A stretch of 63,409 bases of DNA from an uncultured Clostridia bacterium (GTDB lineage Bacteria > Bacillota > Clostridia > TANB77 > CAG-508), in assembly GCA_947589065.1 (NCBI GenBank), contig CANPZM010000002.1, positions 1 through 63,409 of the forward strand. Direction: 5' to 3'. Below the pieces are notes generated by a model. That model saw only the letters and a list, made by a program, of their open reading frames with translations. It searched no databases and was not told the origin of the DNA. The position numbers were made by a program, and so were the translations under genes. This document shows positions 38,030 to 47,968 of this stretch, one piece after another (positions within the stretch are counted from its first letter, which is position 1; each line of letters begins with the position of its first letter).

Positions 38030-40369
38030 ATGGAAAAAGTATATTTAGAAAAATTAGAATTTAATAAAATATTAAAAATGTTATCCAACTTTGCTACCAC
38101 TTCCTCAGGAAAACAAGCTTGCTTGGATTTATGCCCAATTACTAATAAAGATAAGGTTGAAAAATTATTATCTGAAACTTCAGAAGCTTTAGTTCTTTTA
38201 TATAGAAAAGGTCAACCTCCGATAAAAGAATTTACAAAAATTGAAGAAATATTATTAAACTTAAAAAATGAAAATTCTCTTTCTGCAAAATCTTTACTAG
38301 AAATAACATCTGTTCTTTCAATTTCTAGAGAATTAAAACAATATTATTTTGAAAATCCATTAAACAGCTCTGACATTCTTACAAATTATTTTAACAACTT
38401 ATACACTAATAAAAAAATTGAAGATAAAATTTTTAGTTCAATTATCGATGAAAATACTATTAATGATAATGCTTCTGATGAACTATGTAAAATTAGAAAA
38501 CAAACAAAAAGTGTTCAAAAAGAAATTAAAAATAAATTACAACACTTTCTTACATCCAAGTATCTACAAGAACCAATTATTACTATAAGGCAAAATCGTT
38601 TCGTAGTTCCAGTAAAGTCTGAATATAGAGAAAATGTCAAGGGATTTACCCATGATATTTCTGCAAGTGGTTCAACAATTTTTATAGAACCTTTAGCCGT
38701 TTTTGATTTAAATAATACATTATCAGATTTACTTCACAAAGAAACTATAGAAATAGAAAAAATTTTACAAAAACTATCCGCTCTATTTTTTGACATAATT
38801 GATGATTTAGAAAACTCTTATAATTTAATTTGTCACATTGATTTTATTTTTGCAAAAGCAAATTTTTCTAAAAATATAGGTGGAAATTGTCCAACCATAA
38901 ATAATGAAAAATTCATTTATCTATATCAAGCAAGACATCCACTTTTAGAAAAAGATATTGCTGTACCAATTTCTTTGGAAATAGGCAAAAATTTCAACAC
39001 ATTATTAATAACTGGTCCCAATACAGGCGGAAAAACTGTAACACTTAAGACTGTTGGGCTATTAGTAGCAATGGCAATGAGTGGATTACACATACCAGCT
39101 TCAGAAAAAAGTTCAATTTATATTTTTGACAATATTTTTGCTGATATTGGAGATGAACAAAGTATTTTAGAATCTTTAAGTACATTTTCATCACACATTA
39201 CCAATATTGTAAACATTTTAGAAAAATCAACATCAAATAGTTTAATACTATTAGATGAATTAGGTTCAGGCACAGATCCTGTTGAAGGTGCAAGTTTAGC
39301 AATTAATATCTTAGAAGATTTAAGACAAAAAAATATTATAACATTAGCAACTACTCATTATCATGAATTAAAAGAATATGCTCTACTTACTTCCAAAGTA
39401 GAAAATGCAAGTTGCGAATTTGATATAGAAACATTATCACCAACATATAAATTATTAATAGGTGTTCCGGGTAAAAGTAATGCTTTTGAAATAAGTAAAA
39501 AACTTGGACTTCCTGAACACATATTAAATAATGCAAAAAAATCAATAAATGAAAATACTGCAAAAATAGAAGATTTATTAAAGCAAATATACAATGATAA
39601 ATCATTTATTGAAAAAGAAAAAGAAAAAATAATTCATAATTCTGAAGAAATAGAAAATTTAAAAGTGTCTTTAGAAAATGAAAAAGCAGAATTAGAAAAT
39701 AATAAAAAGGAATATATTTCAATATATAAGCAACAAGCACGAGATATATTACTTTCAGCAAAGGAAGATGCTAATAATATTATTAAAGAAATGGAATCTG
39801 AAAAATCTAATTCTAAAAAATTAAATTCACTTAGAAATACTTTAAATAAAAAAATAAATAACTTTGGAAACAATGAAACAGTAGAACCTATAGAAACAAA
39901 GCCATTATCTGAAAGTGAAATATTGCCTGGAGCAGTAGTATTTGTCCCATCTTTCAACAAGAATGGAACCATATTAACACATTTAAATCAATCAAAAAAA
40001 TTTAATATTCAAATTGATAATATCAAAACTACGTTATCACTTTCACAAGTTACACATCCTAAAGATTTACACAATGATTCAAAAATAATGCAAAAAAAAT
40101 CCACTGTATTCACACCAAAAAAAGTGGAAACTGAATTAAACGTTATCGGATTAAATATTGAAGAAGCAAATTATCTTGTTGACAAATTTTTAGATAATAG
40201 CATAATGTCAAAACTAGAATTTGTAAGAATCGTTCATGGAAAAGGTTCTGGTATTCTTGGAAAAGGTATTCAAAAATACTTAAAATCACATCCACATGTA
40301 AAATCTTTCAGATATGGAACATATGGTGAAGGTGAAATGGGCGTAACTATAGTAGAATTAAAAAAATAA
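38030..40369 (+). CDS. mutS2: Endonuclease MutS2
   Basis: MutS ATPase core (ITGPNTGGKT, LLDELGSGTDP) and a C-terminal Smr domain (LNVIGLNIEEA...VRIVHGKGSGILG). Confidence 0.93.
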   Translation: MEKVYLEKLEFNKILKMLSNFATTSSGKQACLDLCPITNKDKVEKLLSETSEALVLLYRKGQPPIKEFTKIEEILLNLKNENSLSAKSLLEITSVLSISRELKQYYFENPLNSSDILTNYFNNLYTNKKIEDKIFSSIIDENTINDNASDELCKIRKQTKSVQKEIKNKLQHFLTSKYLQEPIITIRQNRFVVPVKSEYRENVKGFTHDISASGSTIFIEPLAVFDLNNTLSDLLHKETIEIEKILQKLSALFFDIIDDLENSYNLICHIDFIFAKANFSKNIGGNCPTINNEKFIYLYQARHPLLEKDIAVPISLEIGKNFNTLLITGPNTGGKTVTLKTVGLLVAMAMSGLHIPASEKSSIYIFDNIFADIGDEQSILESLSTFSSHITNIVNILEKSTSNSLILLDELGSGTDPVEGASLAINILEDLRQKNIITLATTHYHELKEYALLTSKVENASCEFDIETLSPTYKLLIGVPGKSNAFEISKKLGLPEHILNNAKKSINENTAKIEDLLKQIYNDKSFIEKEKEKIIHNSEEIENLKVSLENEKAELENNKKEYISIYKQQARDILLSAKEDANNIIKEMESEKSNSKKLNSLRNTLNKKINNFGNNETVEPIETKPLSESEILPGAVVFVPSFNKNGTILTHLNQSKKFNIQIDNIKTTLSLSQVTHPKDLHNDSKIMQKKSTVFTPKKVETELNVIGLNIEEANYLVDKFLDNSIMSKLEFVRIVHGKGSGILGKGIQKYLKSHPHVKSFRYGTYGEGEMGVTIVELKK

Positions 40370-40425
40370 AATTAATTTTCTCCACTACAGACGGACTTGC
40401 CAATAATTTCGGATTTTTAAACAAT

Positions 40426-40469
40426 AAAAAAGGGCTACAAATCTCTAAATAAGATTTAGCCCTTTTTTA
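40426..40469 (+). terminator. Terminator after mutS2
   Basis: aaaaAGGGCTAcAAATCtctaaataaGATTTAGCCCTttttt. Confidence 0.75.
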
Positions 40470-40474
40470 TTTCT

Positions 40475-40601
40475 ACTTTCCTATTACATAATAAATTCAC
40501 ATTCCACAGAAAAATTGTTATACAATTTTTCGCGAACGAACAAGACGTGGACTTTAAAATATTAAAAATATTGAAAATGCCAATAATGTCCGCTTTTATT
40601 C
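40475..40601 (+). repeat. Intergenic modular repeat, copy C (inverted relative to the others; M3 half only)
   Basis: The plus strand reads ctttcctattacata...attccacaGAAAAATTGTtatACAATTTTTCgcgaacgaacaagacgtggac...gtccgcttttattc. It ends 10 nt from the lexA stop. Confidence 0.85.
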
Positions 40602-40610
40602 TTTCTATTA

Positions 40611-41315
40611 TTACATTTTTCTAAATACACCAGCAACTTTTCCTAATATTTTGCAATCAGGAACTATTATTGGTTCCATTGTAGAATTTTCTGGTTGTAA
40701 ACGAATATAATCTTTTTCTTTATAAAAAGTTTTAACTGTAGCTTCGTCTTCAATCAAAGCAACAACTATTTCTCCATTTGAAGCAGTATTTTGTCTCTTT
40801 ACTAATATGTAGTCACCATCTAAAATACCAGCTTCTATCATGCTTTCACCTCTAACAGTAAGCATAAAGCTTTCACTATTTCCTACAAAGTCAATTGGAA
40901 TTGGGAAAGTATCTGTAACATTTTCTACTGCTAATATTGGTGCTCCAGCAGTAATTTTTCCAATAACAGGAACTTCAACTAACTCTTTTTCAGCATATAC
41001 TTCTTTATTGCTTGGCTTAAAAGTTTCTTGTCCTTCTAATGCACCACCCTTTAATAATTTTAATGTTCTACCTTTTTGTTGTTCTTTTTTGATATATCCT
41101 TTTTCTTCTAACTGATTTAAATAACCATGAACAGTTGCTGTAGATTTTAAATCAACTGCTTTACCAATTTCTCTAACTGAAGGTGGATATCCCTTAGCTT
41201 TTATTTGTTTTTCAATAAATTTTAAAATAGCTTTTTCTCTTTTATTAAGCATGTTTGGATCTTTCTTTTTCACAATCATCACTCCTATATATTTTATTGT
41301 TTTTGATAATATCAT
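40611..41315 (-). CDS. lexA: LexA repressor
   Basis: Winged HTH ([21 protein letters not shown]), AG cleavage site (KITAGAP) and the S24 peptidase Ser/Lys region (VRGESM...VKT). The likely start is MIVKKK at 41279, after AGGAG. Confidence 0.92.
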   Translation of the reverse strand: MILSKTIKYIGVMIVKKKDPNMLNKREKAILKFIEKQIKAKGYPPSVREIGKAVDLKSTATVHGYLNQLEEKGYIKKEQQKGRTLKLLKGGALEGQETFKPSNKEVYAEKELVEVPVIGKITAGAPILAVENVTDTFPIPIDFVGNSESFMLTVRGESMIEAGILDGDYILVKRQNTASNGEIVVALIEDEATVKTFYKEKDYIRLQPENSTMEPIIVPDCKILGKVAGVFRKM

Positions 41316-41340
41316 ACATTTTTTTGTTTGTCAAACAAAA
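41306..41340 (-). promoter_or_regulatory. lexA promoter (TTGACA, 17-nt spacer, TATTAT) with an overlapping 19-bp perfect palindrome
   Basis: Minus-strand TTGACA at 41334-41329 and TATTAT at 41311-41306. The palindrome TTTTGTTTG-T-CAAACAAAA at 41322-41340 covers the -35. Confidence 0.55.
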
Positions 41341-41496
41341 GTTTTCTAATTTTTGTATTATACCATTTTTTGTTACCTCGTTGTTATTGTTTTGTAAAAT
41401 TGTAATCAAAAAATAACTATATTGATAAGTTATTTTGTTGAAAATAGTAAAATTAAATATTATAATTTTTATAAATTAATAATTTAGGAGAAGAAA

Positions 41497-42510
41497 ATGG
41501 ATTTTACAAAAGATATTTATATTAATAAAGATGAAATTGTTGAAAATTCTGAAATTGTTTTACTCTATAAAGGATATTTATTTGAAAATAACAGAGTAGA
41601 TAATGTTTATATTTCTTATGGATATGGAGATTTATGGGAAAATAAATCAGAAATTAAAATGAAATCATCAACCTATGGATATTTAGCAACAATGAATATT
41701 GAAAATGGAGAAACACTTCAATTTTGTTTTAGAAATGATTCAGGACAGTGGGATAATAATAATGGTCAAAATTATATTTTACCAATAAAAGAAAAAAATG
41801 ATATTTTAGAATTTGAGGCTATTCCGGATACACGAAAAGACGTAGAAATAAATATCGTTGACATTCCTAATCCAATACCTCAGGTAGAAAATAATTTGGA
41901 AACATCAGTGGTATCTTCAAATTCAGTATCTTTTGCTGATACAATGACCGTAAAAACTGTTGATGATTCTACTGTTTTAAATAACACACAATTTACTGAA
42001 TCTTCTGAAGTCCAAGATTCTACTACTTTAAATAGTACACAGTCTACTGAAACTTCTGAAAATGAAAATATCTTATGGGAAACAATTTCTAATGTTGAAG
42101 AAAAAATTCAAAATAATAATACATATGAACAAAATATAGAATCAAGTGCTGATTCAGTAACTTTACCAGGAATACAATCTGAAGATTATACAGACACTTC
42201 TTCTATTTCAGCATTTTCAGAAATTACACAACAAGCAAAAGTTCAATCTGCTAAAGCTTTTGACGAAGACAAAGTTACAGCAGGTTCAGTATATGTAAAT
42301 TCTATTGTAAATGATATAGATGAACAAACTGACATTCAAGTTGAAGAACAACCATTAATTACTGGTGACTTATATATTCAAAAATCACTTGTAACAACAG
42401 ATGAAAATGAATTAACAGTTCCAACAATTTTTGATAAAATAAAATTATTCTTTAATAAAATGTTTAAACTTGTAAAATCAGTGTTTACAACAAACAGCGA
42501 TGAAGATTAA
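41497..42510 (+). CDS. Protein with an N-terminal CBM25/CBM53-like (starch-binding-type) domain and an acidic Ser/Thr-rich tail
   Basis: YISYGYG..W...........G...ATMNIENGETLQFCFRNDSGQWDNNNGQNYILPI resembles the W...F.F....WDNN.G.NY signature. There is no signal peptide. The C-terminal end is an amphipathic helix. Confidence 0.5.
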   Translation: MDFTKDIYINKDEIVENSEIVLLYKGYLFENNRVDNVYISYGYGDLWENKSEIKMKSSTYGYLATMNIENGETLQFCFRNDSGQWDNNNGQNYILPIKEKNDILEFEAIPDTRKDVEINIVDIPNPIPQVENNLETSVVSSNSVSFADTMTVKTVDDSTVLNNTQFTESSEVQDSTTLNSTQSTETSENENILWETISNVEEKIQNNNTYEQNIESSADSVTLPGIQSEDYTDTSSISAFSEITQQAKVQSAKAFDEDKVTAGSVYVNSIVNDIDEQTDIQVEEQPLITGDLYIQKSLVTTDENELTVPTIFDKIKLFFNKMFKLVKSVFTTNSDED

Positions 42511-42521
42511 AAATTTTATAT

Positions 42522-42556
42522 AAATCAGAGCTATAAAAAAATAGTTCTGATTTTTT
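42522..42556 (+). terminator. Terminator after 41497..42510
   Basis: aATCAGAGCTATaaaaaaATAGTTCTGATtttttt. Confidence 0.75.
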
Positions 42557-42580
42557 ATGCGTAATACATCTTGCTTCGAA

Positions 42581-42635
42581 ATGTAAATGAGGACGGAGAA
42601 TTTGACAAATTCTTCGTCCCCATTTACATACTTTT

Positions 42636-42637
<2 letters not shown>
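42581..42637. terminator. 49-nt near-perfect palindrome followed by a T-run (second, unusually long hairpin)
   Basis: ATGTAAATG-a-GGACG-g-AGAATTTG-a-CAAATTCT-t-CGTCC-c-CATTTACAT, then acttttttaat. It lies directly 3' of the obg stop on the other strand. Confidence 0.5.
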
Positions 42638-43952
<1,315 letters not shown>

Positions 43953-44975
43953 TTACTCTTTAAAATAATCTAATTTCATTGCTTCTTTAACTTTTAACAT
44001 AACATTTTTTGCCTTTTCTCTTGCTTTTTCAGTTCCTTTAATTAATATTTCATCAACTAGTTCTGGATGTTCTTCATAATATTTTCTCTTTTCTCTAATA
44101 GGTCTTAAATATTCTGAAATATTTTTTGCTAATTGTTTCTTACAAGCAACGCATCCTCTACACCCTTCTTTGCACTCTTTACATGCTGTTTCATATTCAT
44201 CTTTTGAACTAAATAAATTATGATAATATGCAACCATGCATACTTCTGGATTTCCCTTGTCATCCTTTCTAATTCTATTTGGATCAGTAACTGCACTCAT
44301 TACTTTACTAGTAATTTCTTCTTCAGAATCAGAAAGATATATAGCATTTCCAAGAGATTTACCCATTTTTTCATTTCCATCTAAACCTTTTATCCTTTTA
44401 GTTTGAGATAAATATGCTTCTGGTTCCCTTAATATTTCTCCATAAATGCTATTAAATTTACGAACAATTTCTCTACATTGTTCTATCAAAGGTAATTGAT
44501 CTTCACCTACTGGCACAATTGTAGCATCAAATGCAGTAATATCAGCAGCCTGGCTTACTGGATATCCTAAAAATCCATATGTTACACTTTCTCCAAATAT
44601 TTCTTTTTTCTGTGCAATTTCTGTTTTTACTGTTGGATTTCTTTCTAGTCTTGCTATTGTAACCAAATTAGAATAAAACACTGTTAGCTCCGCTACTTCA
44701 GGTATCATTGATTGTAAATAAATAGTAGCTTTTTCAGGATCTATTCCAACAGATAAATAATCTATAACAACTTCTCTTACATTTTTTCTTACCTTTTCCG
44801 GATTATTAAAATTATCAGTTAATGCTTGAACATCGGCAACTAATATATAGCATTCATCAACTTCATTCTGCATTTTTACTCTATTTTTTAGAGAACCAAA
44901 ATAGTGACCTATATGCAATTTTCCTGTTGGTCTATCGCCAGTTAGCATTATTTTCTTTTCCATATATAAAATCAT
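43953..44975 (-). CDS. trpS: Tryptophan--tRNA ligase
   Basis: Class I HIGH (GKLHIGHY) and KMSKS-like (KMGKS) motifs, with TrpRS length. The likely start is MEKKIM at 44963. Confidence 0.93.
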   Translation of the reverse strand: MILYMEKKIMLTGDRPTGKLHIGHYFGSLKNRVKMQNEVDECYILVADVQALTDNFNNPEKVRKNVREVVIDYLSVGIDPEKATIYLQSMIPEVAELTVFYSNLVTIARLERNPTVKTEIAQKKEIFGESVTYGFLGYPVSQAADITAFDATIVPVGEDQLPLIEQCREIVRKFNSIYGEILREPEAYLSQTKRIKGLDGNEKMGKSLGNAIYLSDSEEEITSKVMSAVTDPNRIRKDDKGNPEVCMVAYYHNLFSSKDEYETACKECKEGCRGCVACKKQLAKNISEYLRPIREKRKYYEEHPELVDEILIKGTEKAREKAKNVMLKVKEAMKLDYFKE

Positions 44976-45100
44976 TCCCTTCTATTTGAAAAATATTATA
45001 TAAATTAATGTATCATTTCAAAATAAATATATTCACACCATAAAACTATTATCAATTATACTTTAATTTCAGCAAATTTACAAGTAAGCTCTTTTTTTAT

Positions 45101-45129
45101 TTGAAAATTATGTCAATTTATGTTATACT
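45101..45129 (+). promoter_or_regulatory. Strong sigma-A type promoter for the 54-aa ORF
   Basis: TTGAAA (45101-45106), a 17-nt spacer ending in tgt, then TATACT (45124-45129). Confidence 0.6.
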
Positions 45130-45162
45130 TTACCTACATCAATTCAATAGGAGGTATTTACC

Positions 45163-45327
45163 ATGTTAGAAGAAAAACAGAAATGTGGTCACACTCAAAA
45201 GCAAAATGAAACTCCGAAAAAAGAAAAGCCATATTTCGGCGAATCTCCTGATGACTTGGAAGCCCTGTTGACAGACTTTATTGACTGTCGAGCAACAAGA
45301 GTGTCATCATCTAAGGCTGAAATTTAG
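45163..45327 (+). CDS. Unannotated 54-aa hypothetical protein (MLEEKQKCGHTQKQNETPKKEKPYFGESPDDLEALLTDFIDCRATRVSSSKAEI)
   Basis: ATG preceded by ataGGAGGtatttacc, its own promoter and a GC-rich terminator. The region is visibly richer in G+C than its flanks. The ORF is below the size cutoff of the ORF track. Confidence 0.6.
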   Translation: MLEEKQKCGHTQKQNETPKKEKPYFGESPDDLEALLTDFIDCRATRVSSSKAEI

Positions 45328-45333
45328 CCTCCT

Positions 45334-45366
45334 CACCGCGTGAATTTGTTCACGCGGTGTTTTTCT
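45334..45366 (+). terminator. Rho-independent terminator of the 54-aa ORF
   Basis: CACCGCGTGAAtttgTTCACGCGGTGttttt. Confidence 0.85.
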
Positions 45367-45392
45367 TCATATACTCGAATTCAATTAATATA

Positions 45393-45542
45393 GAACAAAA
45401 GCGGACATTATTAATATTTTTGCTATTTATGACATTTTAAAGTCCGCGTCTTTGTTCGTCCGAGAAAAATTGTGTAACAATTTTTCTGTGTAATGTTAAT
45501 TTTTTATATAATAGGAAAAAAACTTTCCTATTATATAAAAAA
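45393..45542 (-). repeat. Intergenic modular repeat, full copy D
   Basis: gaacaaaagcggac...gtccgcgtctttgttcgtccgaGAAAAATTGTgtaACAATTTTTCtgtgtaatg...tataatagg-loop-cctattata. Confidence 0.9.
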
Positions 45543-45613
45543 TTCCTTCTTACTTGATATAATATTACGATTTACTAACCGTAAATAATAATCAAAAAGA
45601 AGGAATTTATAAA

Positions 45614-46996
45614 TTAAATTTCGATTTTTTCTCTAATCCAATTTACTAAATCATCAATTTTTATTCTAACTTGCTCCATTGTATCTCTATCTCTTATAGT
45701 AACCTCATTATCCTCTAATGTATCAAAATCAATTGTTACGCAATAAGGTGTACCTATTTCATCTTCTCTTCTATATCTTTTTCCTATACTTCCTGCATCA
45801 TCAAAGTCACACATAAAATATTTTGAAAGTTTATTATATACATCTAAGGCTTTATCATTTAATTTCTTAGATAATGGTAATACTGCTACCTTATATGGAG
45901 CTAAAAATGGATGAAGTTTTAATACAGTTCTTACGTCACCTTCAGCAATTTCCTCTTTTTCATAACTATTGCATAAAAATGCAAGTAAAACTCTATCAGC
46001 ACCAAGTGATGGCTCAATTACATATGGTACATATTTCTCATTTGTTTCAGGATCTTGATATGACATATCTTGTTTTGAATGGTTCATATGTTGTGTTAAA
46101 TCATAATTTGTTCTATCAGCAATTCCCCATAATTCTCCCCAACCAAATGGAAATTTAAATTCTATATCTGTAGTTGCATTACTATAAAAAACTAATTCCT
46201 CCGGTGAATGATCTCTTAGTCTTATATTTTCCTTTTTCATACCTAAACTTAATAACCAATTTTCACAAAAATCTTTCCAATATTTATGCCATTCTAAATC
46301 AGTACCAGGTTTGCAGAAAAATTCAAGTTCCATTTGTTCAAATTCTCTTGTTCTAAATATAAAGTTTCCAGGTGTAATTTCATTTCTAAAAGCTTTACCA
46401 ATTTGAGCTATACCCATTGGAATTTTCTTTCTAGAAGTTCTTAATACATTTTTAAAATCTACAAATATTCCTTGAGCTGTTTCTGGTCTTAAATATATTT
46501 CAGATGTAGTATCTTCAGTAACACCTTGAAAAGTTTTAAACATTAGATTAAACTTTCTGATATCTGTAAAATTAACTTTTCCACATTTAGGGCAAGGTAT
46601 TTGATTTTCATTAATAAAATCAATTAACTCCTTATCTGTCATTCCATCTGCAATCATATCTTTACCCTGTTCATGAGCCCATTCCTCGATTAATTTATCA
46701 GCTCTATGTCTAGTTTTGCAGTCTTTACAATCAATCAAAGGATCTGAAAATCCCCCAACATGACCTGATGCAACCCATGTTTCAGGATTCATAAGTATTG
46801 CTGCATCTAATCCTACAATATTAGGTTGTTCTTGTATAAATTTTTTTCTCCAAGCTGATTTAATATTATTTTTTAGTTCATTTCCCAAAGGTCCATAATC
46901 CCACGTATTAGCTAATCCTCCATATATTTCAGAGCCAGCATAAATATATCCTCTTGCCTTACATAAATTAACAATTTCCTCCATGTTTTCTACCAT
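45614..46996 (-). CDS. glyQS: Glycine--tRNA ligase (dimeric class II GlyQS type)
   Basis: Class II motifs ([38 protein letters not shown]) and a C-terminal anticodon-binding domain. An RBS AAGGAGG precedes the ATG. Confidence 0.94.
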   Translation of the reverse strand: MVENMEEIVNLCKARGYIYAGSEIYGGLANTWDYGPLGNELKNNIKSAWRKKFIQEQPNIVGLDAAILMNPETWVASGHVGGFSDPLIDCKDCKTRHRADKLIEEWAHEQGKDMIADGMTDKELIDFINENQIPCPKCGKVNFTDIRKFNLMFKTFQGVTEDTTSEIYLRPETAQGIFVDFKNVLRTSRKKIPMGIAQIGKAFRNEITPGNFIFRTREFEQMELEFFCKPGTDLEWHKYWKDFCENWLLSLGMKKENIRLRDHSPEELVFYSNATTDIEFKFPFGWGELWGIADRTNYDLTQHMNHSKQDMSYQDPETNEKYVPYVIEPSLGADRVLLAFLCNSYEKEEIAEGDVRTVLKLHPFLAPYKVAVLPLSKKLNDKALDVYNKLSKYFMCDFDDAGSIGKRYRREDEIGTPYCVTIDFDTLEDNEVTIRDRDTMEQVRIKIDDLVNWIREKIEI

Positions 46997-47061
46997 AAAT
47001 ATTCCTCCTTTTTATTAAATCTTGGGATAAAATTAACATTTATATAAAATTAATATTTATA

Positions 47062-47210
47062 GAACAAAAGCGGACATTATAAACATTTTGGCTGTTTATA
47101 ACATTTTAAAGTCCACGTCTTTGTTCTTCCGCGAAAAATTGTATAACAATTTTTCTGTGCAATGTAAGTTTATTATATAATAGGAAAGTTTTACTTTCCT
47201 ATTATATAAT
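47062..47210 (-). repeat. Intergenic modular repeat, full copy E (inside the glyQS leader)
   Basis: gaacaaaagcggac...gtccacgtctttgttcttccgcGAAAAATTGTataACAATTTTTCtgtgcaatgtaag...tataataggaaag-loop-ctttcctattata. It abuts the T-box terminator at 47211. Confidence 0.9.
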
Positions 47211-47432
47211 AAAAAACTTTCATCCCACAAAGGGACGAAAGTAACTTCCGCGGTTCCACCCTATTTGATCATTAATGATCCACCTTAATTAAAATTTGCT
47301 CCAAAGTTCCATCCTATACATTTTAATACTAGATTTCACCATCCTAGTTCTCTTTAATTAAAATTGTACATTCATTCTTTTTCAACGCAATATTAGTATA
47401 ATTATTTTATTCTCTTATGACATTTTTGTCAA
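47211..47432 (-). promoter_or_regulatory. T-box leader of glyQS with its promoter
   Basis: Minus-strand promoter TTGACA (47432-47427), 17-nt spacer, TAAAAT (47409-47404). T-box sequence aaatagGGTGGaACCGCG at 47249-47266. The terminator actttcgtccctttgtgggatgaaagtttttt is at 47211-47242. Confidence 0.85.
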
Positions 47433-47463
47433 TTACTTATTCACATATTTTTTTATAAATGCC

Positions 47464-47673
47464 TGTGGATAAAACTTTTGAAATTTAAGCGCTTTATGCA
47501 CTTTTTTTAAAAAATTACAAAAATATTTCTGAAAAAACATAGAGTTTAGAAGGTTTTTGCCTTTTACGTAAACTTTTTGTAACATTTCTCGCACATTTTT
47601 ACACAGTGTGGATAATGTGGATAACTTTGTTAATAACCTATTTCAACACTATTTTTCGACATAGTTATTCACA
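47464..47673. promoter_or_regulatory. DnaA-box cluster (three perfect boxes and one near-consensus box)
   Basis: TGTGGATAA at 47464-47472, 47607-47615 and 47616-47624 (the last two are abutting). TTATTCACA at 47665-47673 lies in the opposite orientation, with one mismatch to TTATCCACA. Confidence 0.6.
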
Positions 47674-47968
47674 GGTTTACTTAAGTATACATTTTAAGTT
47701 TACAGAATATTTTTATTTTTTCATTTTATGTGCACAGCATTTTTTGTTTTTGATTTTTACTTATTGGCTACTAAAAACTTATATAATAGAAAACTTTGGA
47801 AATATTTATCTATATTAGATATTTTTCCTTTTCTTGCCTTTAAAATTGACAATACTAAACTGAATTAATTTTATTTCTTTTTATATTTAATGTCATAAAA
47901 ATTTATAGTATTTTTTTATTAAATATAGCTATATTTAATTTGAATTTATGAAAGGAACTTGATTTATT

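Noticed and set aside
44976-45162. An expected T-box leader upstream of trpS.
   Set aside because: There is no GGTGG/ACCGCG-type T-box sequence or terminator/antiterminator pair in the 190-nt upstream region. Only a plausible promoter is present (TTGTAA, 17-nt spacer, TATAAT). trpS appears to lack a T-box here.
47464-47830. Interpreting the DnaA-box cluster as the chromosomal origin (oriC), and ORF 47606-47818 as a gene.
   Set aside because: There are no dnaA, dnaN or rpmH genes nearby, and minus-strand gene orientation continues on both sides of the cluster. The ORF overlaps the boxes and has no RBS. The cluster is kept as a finding, not as oriC.
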